Made by a program: the position numbers and the translations under genes
Part shown: positions 46,461-55,123 of the stretch, piece after piece
How positions within the stretch are numbered: the stretch's first letter is position 1
How the letters are laid out: the number at the start of each line of letters is the position of its first letter
Notes under the pieces: model-generated
The model's input: only the letters and a program-made list of their open reading frames with translations
What the model was told of the DNA's origin: nothing
Databases searched by the model: none
From: Gammaproteobacteria bacterium
GTDB lineage: Bacteria; Pseudomonadota; Gammaproteobacteria; Steroidobacterales; Rariloculaceae
Length of the DNA stretch: 57,300 nt
Assembly: GCA_036443505.1 (NCBI GenBank)
Contig: JAZFYK010000169.1
Coordinates: 1-57,300, forward strand
Direction: 5' to 3'

Positions 46461-47455
46461 CAGGGGCCTCGTTCTGAGGCCAGCTCGCATGCCACGCGGA
46501 TGGCCTCTCGCAGGCTACCGGGTTTCGCTCGGCCGGTACCCGCCAAGTCGAGCGCAGTACCATGATCGACCGAGGTGCGGATGATCGGTAGCCCGAGCGT
46601 GATATTGACTACCTCACCGAAGGCGAGGGCCTTGATAACCGGCAGGCCCTGATCGTGATACATCGCAAGCACGGCGTCGCATCGCTCGAGCGCGTCCGGT
46701 GTAAACGCCGTATCCGCCGGCACTGGGCCGAGCAGCGACAGGCCGCGCTCTGCCAGGTCTCGCATGACGGGCTCGATGATCTCCTGCTCTTCGTGCCCCA
46801 GTACACCGCTCTCTCCGGCGTGAGGATTGAGCCCGAGTACGGCGATGCGCGGGGCGCTAAGCCGAAAACGGTCTCGAAGTTCTCTGTCCAGCACGATGAG
46901 TACCCGCTCGATTCGCTCGCGGCTGATTTCCTTCGCTACCCGGGCGAGCGGCAAGTGCGTGGTCGCCAGAGCCACGCGAAGCTTTCCGGAGGCAAGCATC
47001 ATGACGGGTGTCGGGGTTGCAGTCGCCTCCGCCAGGAATTCCGTATGGCCGGTGAACGAAATTCCCGCGGCGTTGATGACGCTTTTGTGCACGGGTGCTG
47101 TCACCAGGGCCGCGTTGCTTCCTTCAACACAGAGCGCGACGCCCTGTCGCAGCAGTTCAAGAACGTAAGCGGAGTTTGCCGTATCCAGGTTGCCGGGTTG
47201 AACCGCTGCCGGCGCAGCGATGTTGAGTACCTGTATCAGGCCCGCGGCATGTGGCTCGACTTCGTGCGGGCCGGCAACCGTACGCACGGTGACATCCAGG
47301 TGAAGGTCGGCGATACGTGCCGCGAGCACGTCCGCATCGGCGAGTGTCAGCAACCGCGCCGGCAGATCTTCTGCCGCCAGCATTACGCAGATATCGGGCC
47401 CGATGCCGGCCGGCTCGCCGGAACTCAAGAATATGATCGGAAGTTGTGAGCTCAA
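46460..47455 (-). CDS. pdxA: 4-hydroxythreonine-4-phosphate dehydrogenase
   Basis: SGEPAGIGPD...TGHTEFLA...NPHAGE...MYHDQGL...TSVDHGTALDLAG. Confidence 0.95.
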   Translation of the reverse strand: MSSQLPIIFLSSGEPAGIGPDICVMLAAEDLPARLLTLADADVLAARIADLHLDVTVRTVAGPHEVEPHAAGLIQVLNIAAPAAVQPGNLDTANSAYVLELLRQGVALCVEGSNAALVTAPVHKSVINAAGISFTGHTEFLAEATATPTPVMMLASGKLRVALATTHLPLARVAKEISRERIERVLIVLDRELRDRFRLSAPRIAVLGLNPHAGESGVLGHEEQEIIEPVMRDLAERGLSLLGPVPADTAFTPDALERCDAVLAMYHDQGLPVIKALAFGEVVNITLGLPIIRTSVDHGTALDLAGTGRAKPGSLREAIRVACELASERGP

Positions 47456-47469
47456 GACCTGGCAGGTTG

Positions 47470-48801
47470 CTATAGGCGATACTCGACGAAAGCTTGGTCT
47501 CTTAGCCGCCGCAACCAGAGCTCTCGTTCCTCCTCCACCTTGCTCTCACGGATCTGATCGGCGCATCTCTGCTCCTTGATCTCTTCCGTCGTGTCGTAAG
47601 TGCGGCTGTCCGTTACCTCGACGATGTGCCAACCGAACCGAGTCTGAAACGGCTCGCTGAGTTCATCGAGTTCCAGCGAGTCAAGCACCTGCTCGAACTC
47701 GGGCACGAACACACCGGCCTCGACCCAACCGAGATCGCCATCTTCTACGGCGGAGCCCGGATCCTCGGACACGGACTGAGCGATGGGCCCGAATTCGTCA
47801 CCCGCCAGCAGCTGTTCCCGAATGCCGAGCAGTCTCTGCTGCACGGCGTCGTCGTCCATGATTTCGTTCGGACGCAGGAGAATATGCCGCACTCTGATCT
47901 GATCGACGATAACGACCTGTGCGCCCCGCGTCTCATTCAGGCGCACGATATGGAAGCCGCTACCACTCTGGAGTGGCTCTGAGACCTCCCCCGGCTCCAT
48001 CGCGAGAACGGAGTCGGTAAACAGTGTCGGCAGCTCGTAGCCTTTACGCCAACCTAGGGCGCCGCCCTCCAACGCCGCCTGGCCATCGGAGAAGGTAATC
48101 GCGAGCTGCGAGAACTCCTCACCGGCGTCGAGCCGGTCGTAGACCTCCGCTACCTGCGCTGTGGCGTCCTTGACCGCATCTTCCGTCGCATTCGCAGGCA
48201 AGCCGATGAGGATGTGCGAGATATCGTAGTCGACGTCCTCGGCGAGGCTTGTGGAGCTGCGTTGGAGGCAGAGCCCCATCTCGCGCGGAGACACGACAAT
48301 GCCGGCGTAGACATCGCGTTGCTGGAGCTGGTCTAAAACCATCTGTTCGCGAGTGTCCTGGCGGTACATCGCATAGTCGATGTTCTCAGCCGCGAGTGCG
48401 CTGGGTAGAGATTCGAGCGTCAAGCCAATACCCTGCGCAACCGACGTCAGCGCCTGGTTCAGCATCTCGTCGTTGATGAGAATGCCGAATCGCTCGGCGC
48501 GCTGCAGCTGTATCTGGTGGAGGATCAGTTGCTCCAGTACCTGCTCTTCAAGCACCGACAGCGGTGGCGGAGGTTGCCGCTGCTCAGGTAGCACGTCGAG
48601 TTGGGATATGCGTATATTCTCGATGACCAGAGCGACGCGCGACGCGAGTTCACTCTTTAGAACGACGCCGTTATCGACAACGGCAGCCACGCCATCCAAG
48701 AGTTCACCGGTCCCGCCCAACTCTCGTGTCTGTGACCAGCCCCGGTTCGCCGAGACGCTCAGGAGGGTCAAGAACACGGTAGAATAAAGTATATGTTTCA
48801 A
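47470..48801 (-). CDS. surA: Periplasmic chaperone / peptidyl-prolyl isomerase SurA
   Basis: With the TTG at 48801 the product starts (M)KHILYSTVFLTLLSVSANRGWSQ (signal peptide), then LDGVAAVVDNGVVLKSEL, followed by two parvulin-like regions. The upstream 156 codons of ORF 47470..49269 overlap lptD and are rejected. Confidence 0.85.
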   Translation of the reverse strand: MKHILYSTVFLTLLSVSANRGWSQTRELGGTGELLDGVAAVVDNGVVLKSELASRVALVIENIRISQLDVLPEQRQPPPPLSVLEEQVLEQLILHQIQLQRAERFGILINDEMLNQALTSVAQGIGLTLESLPSALAAENIDYAMYRQDTREQMVLDQLQQRDVYAGIVVSPREMGLCLQRSSTSLAEDVDYDISHILIGLPANATEDAVKDATAQVAEVYDRLDAGEEFSQLAITFSDGQAALEGGALGWRKGYELPTLFTDSVLAMEPGEVSEPLQSGSGFHIVRLNETRGAQVVIVDQIRVRHILLRPNEIMDDDAVQQRLLGIREQLLAGDEFGPIAQSVSEDPGSAVEDGDLGWVEAGVFVPEFEQVLDSLELDELSEPFQTRFGWHIVEVTDSRTYDTTEEIKEQRCADQIRESKVEEERELWLRRLRDQAFVEYRL

Positions 48802-48805
48802 TTGG

Positions 48806-51034
48806 TTACAGCGTATTGCCTGGTCTCTGATAGCCAAGAATACCACGATCCAGCAGCTCCTCCGGGGAGCCGCCTTCATCCGAGAAGCCTCTGAGCTGGA
48901 GCTGCACCGAGAAGGATCTGTCCGACTCTCCTGTGCGACGGCTGATATAGCGCCTGGCGACCAGGCGCAGCCGCCAACAGCAGGCCTCGTATTCCCAGCC
49001 GAGGAACCGGTCGAGGGCTTCCTCGTCAAGGAAGGAGTAGCTGTAGTGTCCGATGACTCGCCAGCTCTGCCCGACCGGCCAGACCAGCGACACGTCGCCC
49101 TGCTCCAACAGGCCTTCACGAAAACGATAGGAGAAGCCCGCGTATCGATCCTCCTGGGGCGCGAATCGGACGGTGGTCTCCGCGACAGAGGTGGTCTTGG
49201 TTGCACTGTCCCACTGATAGCCGACCTCCAGCCCCCAGGCCTCGGACAGGTTGATGGACGCTTCGGCAATGTAGTCCGAGGAATTCGAACTTCTCGGCGG
49301 ACTGCCCGGCAAAGTCACACGCGTCGGGCTAAAGAAGCGTGTCCGTCCCAGTGTCGCCGACATTCGCTCTCGGCCATTCCGACTGTCGATCAACCGGGTC
49401 GTGACGCCCAGGCTCAGCGCATCGGTATCGGCGATTCGATCCGGGCCGACATATTGATATGGATCAAATAACTGCACGAGATTGGCATCCGGATCGATCG
49501 TGTCGAAGATCGGGATGTCGGATTGATCCTCGAACGGCACGTAAACGTAGAGCGCCCGCGGCTCGATCGTTTGTATCCAGTTCCTGTCCCCCCCCGGTTC
49601 CCGCTCGAAGATCAGTCCCGCGTCGACACTGGCGACGGGTAGCGTTCGTGAGATCGTGTCTCGCCCTCCGGGTGTGACGTCGTCCAACCGATAATTGGTC
49701 TGCCGCAGGGCGACAGCGGGGGTCAGGAACATGCCGGGCCGCGCAAAGGAAAGCCCAAACTTTTCAGCCAAGTCCAGACGCCAGCCGGTCACGCCGACGT
49801 CACGATCGAATCGCACCAGCTCATTTGTCGACTCGAATTGAAAGACCTTCCCCAACCATCGACCGTTGAACAAGATTCGCGGGACACGCTCATAGGGTTG
49901 GTCATCCGGCGCAATCAGAGGGTCGATCGTCTGGTAGTCCTGGAAGCGTGCGAGTAGAGACCACGCCGGGGCCCGATAGCCAATATCCACGTACCGATTA
50001 AGGTGAGTCTGACTTGCGACTGTCTGACTGGTACCCAGATCCTCGAAGTAATTCGGATCGGAGACCTCGGAAAGGTTCGCGACGACACGCCAGCCCTGAT
50101 CGAGCAGCGTCTCGTGGTCGTAAGTCCAATAGCTGCGCGTGGTGTTCGTCTCAGAATCATCCGGCAGATATTCGAAACTCAGCCGTCCGTCACTGCGCGG
50201 AAGAAGGTAGCGAAATTCCGTGTTCAACTGTAATCCACGCTCACTCATGTAGCGCGGCTCCAACGTCATGTCATAGTTCGGTGCAAGATTGAGGTAGTAC
50301 GGCACCGAGATGTCGAGGCCGGTTCGATCCCGTTTCGAGAACCTCGGAGTGAGCAGGCCACTCTTGCGGCGGTCATCGATCGGGAACGTCATGTACGGCG
50401 TCCACAGTATGGGAACGCCCTTGAATCTGAGCTTGACGCCGCGAGCAGTGCCGAAGCCTTCGTCCACGTCCAAACTGATATCCGATGCCAGCAGCTCCCA
50501 ATCGGTCTGGCCTTCGGGGCAGGTCGTAAAAGTCACCGACGACAACGCCATCGTTCGGTCGCTGCTAATGTGGATTGTGTCGGCGGAGCCACGCGCCGGC
50601 CGTGCTGGAATGTTGAAACCGGCGCCGGTGAACCGGATCTCTTCATTCCCGGTGTCAATCTCGGCTTCCTCGCCGTATACGGTGACATCGGGGTCGGTAT
50701 AAGAGACAGCGCCACGCGCCTCGATCCTTTGCTCTGCGCGATCATAGGTTGCACTCTCAGCCGAGATGCTGCGGTCGCCGTAACGAAATTCGACCTGGTT
50801 GAAAAACTCCACGCCTTCCTCGCCGGAAAGGTCGACCTGTCCAGCGGTGATCTCCACTCTGGTCGGTTCCTCGGAGTCCTGAGCGGAGCCGTCCTGGGAG
50901 GGTTCCGCCGGCGGGCTAACCTCGACCAGCCCGCACGCCAGGTCCTGTCCCCAAACCGCGGCCGGCGTAGAGATCGTGACCCAGGCGATGAACGTTAAAC
51001 TTTTCTTGGGGACCACAAGGCTCGGGTCGGGCAA
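48806..51034 (-). CDS. lptD: LPS-assembly outer-membrane protein LptD
   Basis: 742 aa, beta-rich, with an OstA-like N-terminal region (VEITAGQVDLSGEEGVEFFNQVEFRYGDRSISAESATYD); upstream of surA-pdxA-rsmA-apaH. The start (TTG at 51034 or a GTG a few codons later) is uncertain. Confidence 0.9.
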   Translation of the reverse strand: MPDPSLVVPKKSLTFIAWVTISTPAAVWGQDLACGLVEVSPPAEPSQDGSAQDSEEPTRVEITAGQVDLSGEEGVEFFNQVEFRYGDRSISAESATYDRAEQRIEARGAVSYTDPDVTVYGEEAEIDTGNEEIRFTGAGFNIPARPARGSADTIHISSDRTMALSSVTFTTCPEGQTDWELLASDISLDVDEGFGTARGVKLRFKGVPILWTPYMTFPIDDRRKSGLLTPRFSKRDRTGLDISVPYYLNLAPNYDMTLEPRYMSERGLQLNTEFRYLLPRSDGRLSFEYLPDDSETNTTRSYWTYDHETLLDQGWRVVANLSEVSDPNYFEDLGTSQTVASQTHLNRYVDIGYRAPAWSLLARFQDYQTIDPLIAPDDQPYERVPRILFNGRWLGKVFQFESTNELVRFDRDVGVTGWRLDLAEKFGLSFARPGMFLTPAVALRQTNYRLDDVTPGGRDTISRTLPVASVDAGLIFEREPGGDRNWIQTIEPRALYVYVPFEDQSDIPIFDTIDPDANLVQLFDPYQYVGPDRIADTDALSLGVTTRLIDSRNGRERMSATLGRTRFFSPTRVTLPGSPPRSSNSSDYIAEASINLSEAWGLEVGYQWDSATKTTSVAETTVRFAPQEDRYAGFSYRFREGLLEQGDVSLVWPVGQSWRVIGHYSYSFLDEEALDRFLGWEYEACCWRLRLVARRYISRRTGESDRSFSVQLQLRGFSDEGGSPEELLDRGILGYQRPGNTL

Positions 51035-51153
51035 ACGATTACAATGGCACAGTTCTTTTATTGCTTCAACGAATTGGGCAGGAGACCGGAAGTGCTGGAT
51101 GAGCTACAGTCGACCACGCCGTCGCCGGTGTGTTCGAGCCCCGGTCGATCGCG

Positions 51154-51825
51154 ATGAAGGCGATGATCCTGGCCGCCGGTCGCGGTGAACGTCTCGGCGA
51201 GCTCACCGCGGAGAGACCCAAACCGTTGCTGGAAGTCGCAGGCGAGAGTCTGATCGAGAGACACCTCAGGCGCCTGCACGCGGCGGACGTGACGGACATC
51301 GTCATCAATCTGTCGTATCTCGGCGAGCAGATTCGGGCCGCGCTCGGAGATGTCTCGCCGTGGGGCCAAACCATCAGCTACAGTGAAGAAGGAGTGCCGG
51401 CCCTCGAAGTAGGGGGTGGCATCATCCATGCGCTGCCGTTGCTGCGGCCGAACCCTTTTGTCGTCGTCAACGCGGATGTCTTCACGGACTTCGACTTCGC
51501 GACGCTGCGTTGTGAGCGATGCGATGGACGCGTGATGCTCGTGCCCAATCCTCCGCATCATGAGCAAGGCGATTTTGGCCTGGCATCGTCCGGCGCGGTC
51601 ACGCTTACGTCGCCATTTCTGACTTATGGCGGCGTGGCGATATTTGCGCCGGCGCTTTTCGACGGTGTCGAGCCGGGACGTCAACCGCTTCGCCCGATTC
51701 TCGAAGCCGCCATTCGCCGCGGTGCGCTCGAAGGATTCTGCCATACGGGCATCTGGCAGGATGTCGGGACCCCGGAGCGGCTCGCCGCGATTCGCGAGCA
51801 GTTGGATAAGCCAGGAACGGAGTAG
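51154..51825 (+). CDS. murU: Sugar-1-phosphate nucleotidyltransferase (MurU-like N-acetylmuramate-1-P uridylyltransferase)
   Basis: MKAMILAAGRGERLGELTAERPKPLLEVAG; ~223 aa; divergent from lptD as murU is in pseudomonads. Substrate assignment is by context only. Confidence 0.7.
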   Translation: MKAMILAAGRGERLGELTAERPKPLLEVAGESLIERHLRRLHAADVTDIVINLSYLGEQIRAALGDVSPWGQTISYSEEGVPALEVGGGIIHALPLLRPNPFVVVNADVFTDFDFATLRCERCDGRVMLVPNPPHHEQGDFGLASSGAVTLTSPFLTYGGVAIFAPALFDGVEPGRQPLRPILEAAIRRGALEGFCHTGIWQDVGTPERLAAIREQLDKPGTE

Positions 51826-51834
51826 GTCCGAAAA

Positions 51835-51859
51835 TGTAGGAGCGGCCGCCGCTCCCACA
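51835..51859. repeat. REP-like palindrome TGTAGGAGCGGCCGCCGCTCCCACA
   Basis: Imperfect 12+12 palindrome carrying the same GTAGGAGCGGCC end motif as 40870-40934. Intergenic between murU and the MFS gene. Confidence 0.5.
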
Positions 51860-51965
51860 CTAAGCCTGGCTGTCTCATGTGCCGGACCTGGTGTATGGTT
51901 CAGCGCGCAGGACGCCCGACGGAAGCCTGCTCCGTATTAATCATCTGCTCCCAGAAGAATCACGA

Positions 51966-53198
51966 ATGGTCTCTCGAGTCCTAGCGACCCGAAGTTTTAG
52001 GATCTACCTTATCGGTAGCACGTTCTCGTTGCATGGGCTCTGGATCCAACGCGTGGCCGTCGGTTGGCTCGCGTGGGAGCTGACTGGCTCCGAAGTGTGG
52101 CTGGGGCTCATCGCGCTAGCGGAGTTTTTGCCGACCATTCTGTTCGGGCCGTTCTTCGGCGTCTGGGCGGATCGCCTCAACCGCAAGATGGTGGCGTACA
52201 TCGCGAACGTCCTGAGCATCACTCTGTCCACATTGCTGTTTGCGCTGACAGCTATGGGCCTGATCGACATCTATCTGCTTTGGGTGATCACGGCGTTCGT
52301 CGGCATCGTGAGCAGTGCGTTCCAGCCCGTGCGAATGTCGTTGATTCCGAGCCTGGTCCCCCGGGAACTGCTCTCCGAGGCCGTGGCCGCTCAATCGATT
52401 GTCTTCAATGTCTCGAGATTTATGGGCCCGGCGCTGGCGGGAGTCGCGATCGCAACAATGGGGCTAGCGTCGGCTTTCGCGCTCAACGCGATCTCCTACC
52501 TTGCGATGATCGCGGCCCTGCTGCTGATTGAACTCCGGACGAAGCGCTCCGGTGGCACGAAGAGCCATTTTTTCGCGGAGCTCCGGGATGGCATCGTCTA
52601 CACGATTCAACACGCGGCGATTCGTCAGCAATTACTGATCGTGGCGCTCTCAGCGCTGTTCGGCCGAGGCGTTATCGTGATGCTGCCGGCGTTCGCGGGC
52701 GCCGTCTTCGGCGGGGGCAGCAGCACGCTGGCGACGCTGACTTCTGTCTCGGGAGCGGGGGCGGTGGTCGCCGGCATCTGCCTGACTCGCCTCGGTGCGG
52801 GCGTGCGCCTGCTTCGGTGGACCGTACTTGCCACCGTGGTAACCGGCCTGTTGATGGTTGGGCTTGGAGTGACGCAGAGCTACGCTGCAGGCATCGCGTT
52901 GGTCGCAGCGCTGGGCTTTGCTCTGACGCTGGTCGGCATCGGCTCCCAGACGCTCATACAGACGACGGTGGCGGAAGAGATGCGTGGTCGCGTGTTAAGT
53001 CTATGGGCTGCAGTGGCTTTCTCCGCTCCCGCTCTCGGCAGCGTGATGATCGGAGCGGTCGCGGCTCGCATTGGCATTGGGACTACGACGTTGTTGAGCG
53101 GGCTGCTGTGCTCGGTCCTGGCAATCCTGTTGACATGGCATGTCTACTACTCGACTCGAGCGGAGTCGCTGGCCGGTTCCGTGGGCCCGTCCGACTAG
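51966..53198 (+). CDS. MFS transporter (12-TM type)
   Basis: Hydrophobic throughout, with FGPFFGVWADRLNRK in the loop 2-3 position. The start is trimmed to the ATG at 51966. Confidence 0.85.
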   Translation: MVSRVLATRSFRIYLIGSTFSLHGLWIQRVAVGWLAWELTGSEVWLGLIALAEFLPTILFGPFFGVWADRLNRKMVAYIANVLSITLSTLLFALTAMGLIDIYLLWVITAFVGIVSSAFQPVRMSLIPSLVPRELLSEAVAAQSIVFNVSRFMGPALAGVAIATMGLASAFALNAISYLAMIAALLLIELRTKRSGGTKSHFFAELRDGIVYTIQHAAIRQQLLIVALSALFGRGVIVMLPAFAGAVFGGGSSTLATLTSVSGAGAVVAGICLTRLGAGVRLLRWTVLATVVTGLLMVGLGVTQSYAAGIALVAALGFALTLVGIGSQTLIQTTVAEEMRGRVLSLWAAVAFSAPALGSVMIGAVAARIGIGTTTLLSGLLCSVLAILLTWHVYYSTRAESLAGSVGPSD

Positions 53199-53255
53199 TA
53201 TCCAACCTGCGGAGTCGTTAGGATCGAAGCCATCCCGGCTCCTGATGATCATGCG

Positions 53256-53939
53256 ATGAAATCTGTGGTATCGGCAGACAAAACGGCGGCGTGGCTTATG
53301 GCTATCTGGTTGGGCGCAGCAGGATCCACCGTGAGCGCTCAGGGCTTCGAAGAGATCTCTTATCCGACAGCCGACGGTGGTCTCGTTTACGGCAACCTGT
53401 ACGGAGACGGGCAGCATGCGGTCTTGCTCGCCCACGGTGCAGTCTTCGACAAGGAGAGTTGGGACGGTCTCGCTCAGGACCTCTTGGCCGAGGGGCATCA
53501 AGTGCTTGCCATCGACTTTCGGGGCTATGGCAAATCGAAGGCAGGTCGTTCACGCAATGCGCTGGATCAAGACGTCCTCGCGGGAATTCGTTATCTCCAC
53601 GACGAGGGATCGGAGCGTGTCTCCGTGATCGGCGCCAGCATGGGCGGCGGCGCCGTAGCGCAGGCGGCCGTCGACGTCGAACCGGGCGAGATAGACAAGC
53701 TGATTCTTCTGGCCGGCGTGCCCATCTCGACCCCGGAGCGAATGCAGGGCGACAAGCTATTCATTGTGTCTCGCGGGGATTCGCTGCGGAGTGCCGTCGA
53801 GGGTCAGTACGAGCGCGCCGGCGAGCCGAAGGATCTGACCGTGCTTGCCGGTAGTGCGCACGCCCAGCACATCTTCAGGTCCCGTGGACGCGGCGAGGAA
53901 CTGACGGCGATCATCGTGGCCTGGCTCGCCGACGACTAG
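53256..53939 (+). CDS. Secreted alpha/beta-fold hydrolase
   Basis: Signal peptide ending in VSAQG; HAVLLAHG oxyanion region; nucleophile elbow VIGASMGGG; C-terminal GSAHAQH. Confidence 0.8.
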   Translation: MKSVVSADKTAAWLMAIWLGAAGSTVSAQGFEEISYPTADGGLVYGNLYGDGQHAVLLAHGAVFDKESWDGLAQDLLAEGHQVLAIDFRGYGKSKAGRSRNALDQDVLAGIRYLHDEGSERVSVIGASMGGGAVAQAAVDVEPGEIDKLILLAGVPISTPERMQGDKLFIVSRGDSLRSAVEGQYERAGEPKDLTVLAGSAHAQHIFRSRGRGEELTAIIVAWLADD

Positions 53940-53984
53940 CCGCCCGTTGCGTGGCGTACGACCCCTGGTGTCGGTGAATCGCAG

Positions 53985-54782
53985 TTAGTGGGTGATGGCG
54001 TAGATCACGTAGTTGATCGCGAAGCGATACGCTAACGCCGTCATGGGCTCCGGGTATTGGGGTGTGTCGGCGTGTTCCCAGGCGTCGCCCAGATCCATGT
54101 TGAAGTTGATGGCGACCATGAGGCGCCCGTGATCATCGTAGACACCGCGCCAGTGTGGCACGACGCCATCTTCCTCCCAGGTGCGTCCACTGTAGAGAAA
54201 GCGGATTCCTGGAATCTGCACACGCTGATCGAGATCGTAGAGAACATGTAGGACTTCGTCGTCCTCGGGTATCTCCAGTATGGGGCGATCGGGAAAGACA
54301 CGCACCATCGTCGCCAGGAAACCGGCCCACTCGCGGGTGCCGTGAAAGTCATCGACCATGAGGAATCCGCCGCGCAGCAGGTACTCCCTGAGTCGAGCCG
54401 CTTCATAGTCATCGAGGTACCAGCCACCGACTTCCACGGCATAGAGCCACGGGTAGTTGAAAATTGCGTCGTCGCTGAGGCGGATCTGACGCCCGCCATC
54501 GCCGTTGTATCGACTCACTATGGCGCCGTCGATGCGCGTCAAGCGGGTCAGGCCCTGCATAAAATGAAACTCGGCGTCGGGCCAGTCGATCGTCCAGCGT
54601 GGGCGCCGGCCACCGTAGCTGTAGCCGTAGCCACCGCCCCCGCCGCCGTAGATCAGGCGCGCGAACTGAAACTCCGCGGTGGGTTGCGTGGTCGCAGGCG
54701 CCGACTCCTGAGCCGCAACGAGCGGCGCGCCGCTTGCCAGAATCACGCTGGCACACACGATGGTCGCGGTCGATCTATCCAT
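53985..54782 (-). CDS. DUF4159-domain protein (secreted or periplasmic)
   Basis: Signal peptide MDRSTATIVCASVILASGAPLVAAQ, then FQFARLIYGG...WTIDWPDAEFHF...IFNYPWLYAVEVGGWYLDDYEAARLREYLLRGGFLMVDDFHG, the pattern I associate with DUF4159. The start is trimmed to the ATG at 54782. Confidence 0.8.
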   Translation of the reverse strand: MDRSTATIVCASVILASGAPLVAAQESAPATTQPTAEFQFARLIYGGGGGGYGYSYGGRRPRWTIDWPDAEFHFMQGLTRLTRIDGAIVSRYNGDGGRQIRLSDDAIFNYPWLYAVEVGGWYLDDYEAARLREYLLRGGFLMVDDFHGTREWAGFLATMVRVFPDRPILEIPEDDEVLHVLYDLDQRVQIPGIRFLYSGRTWEEDGVVPHWRGVYDDHGRLMVAINFNMDLGDAWEHADTPQYPEPMTALAYRFAINYVIYAITH

Positions 54783-55123
54783 ATGCGTAGCTAGCCAGGC
54801 CTTACACGGCGATGTCAACGAAGCCGGTCACCCTTGAGTCAATTCCTGGAGCTGTCCGAGCGGCCGTAGAGCCTCACGGTCTCTGCGAGAAATCTTTTCC
54901 TAGACGGCAGGTCGAAAATGATACCATCCTCCCGTATGCGGCGGTTTCGGCGTCATTACGAGCCGGGCCAGAAGTATGAATCACGATGGGAGAGGGCAGT
55001 TGCGAAGTGCCTCTGCTCGTGTCCCGTGTTATGCCCGTCAACCGGTTCAGCGTGCGGCGTGGCACTTGTCCCGCGTCGCGTGGTCACACGATATTGACGG
55101 TGTAGCCCGGTAGGTCGTCAGAC

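Noticed and set aside
48802-49269. N-terminal 156 codons of the 599-aa ORF containing surA.
   Set aside because: They lie entirely inside lptD in another frame and have Arg/Ser/Pro-rich composition. The TTG at 48801 yields a proper signal peptide and a SurA-sized protein.
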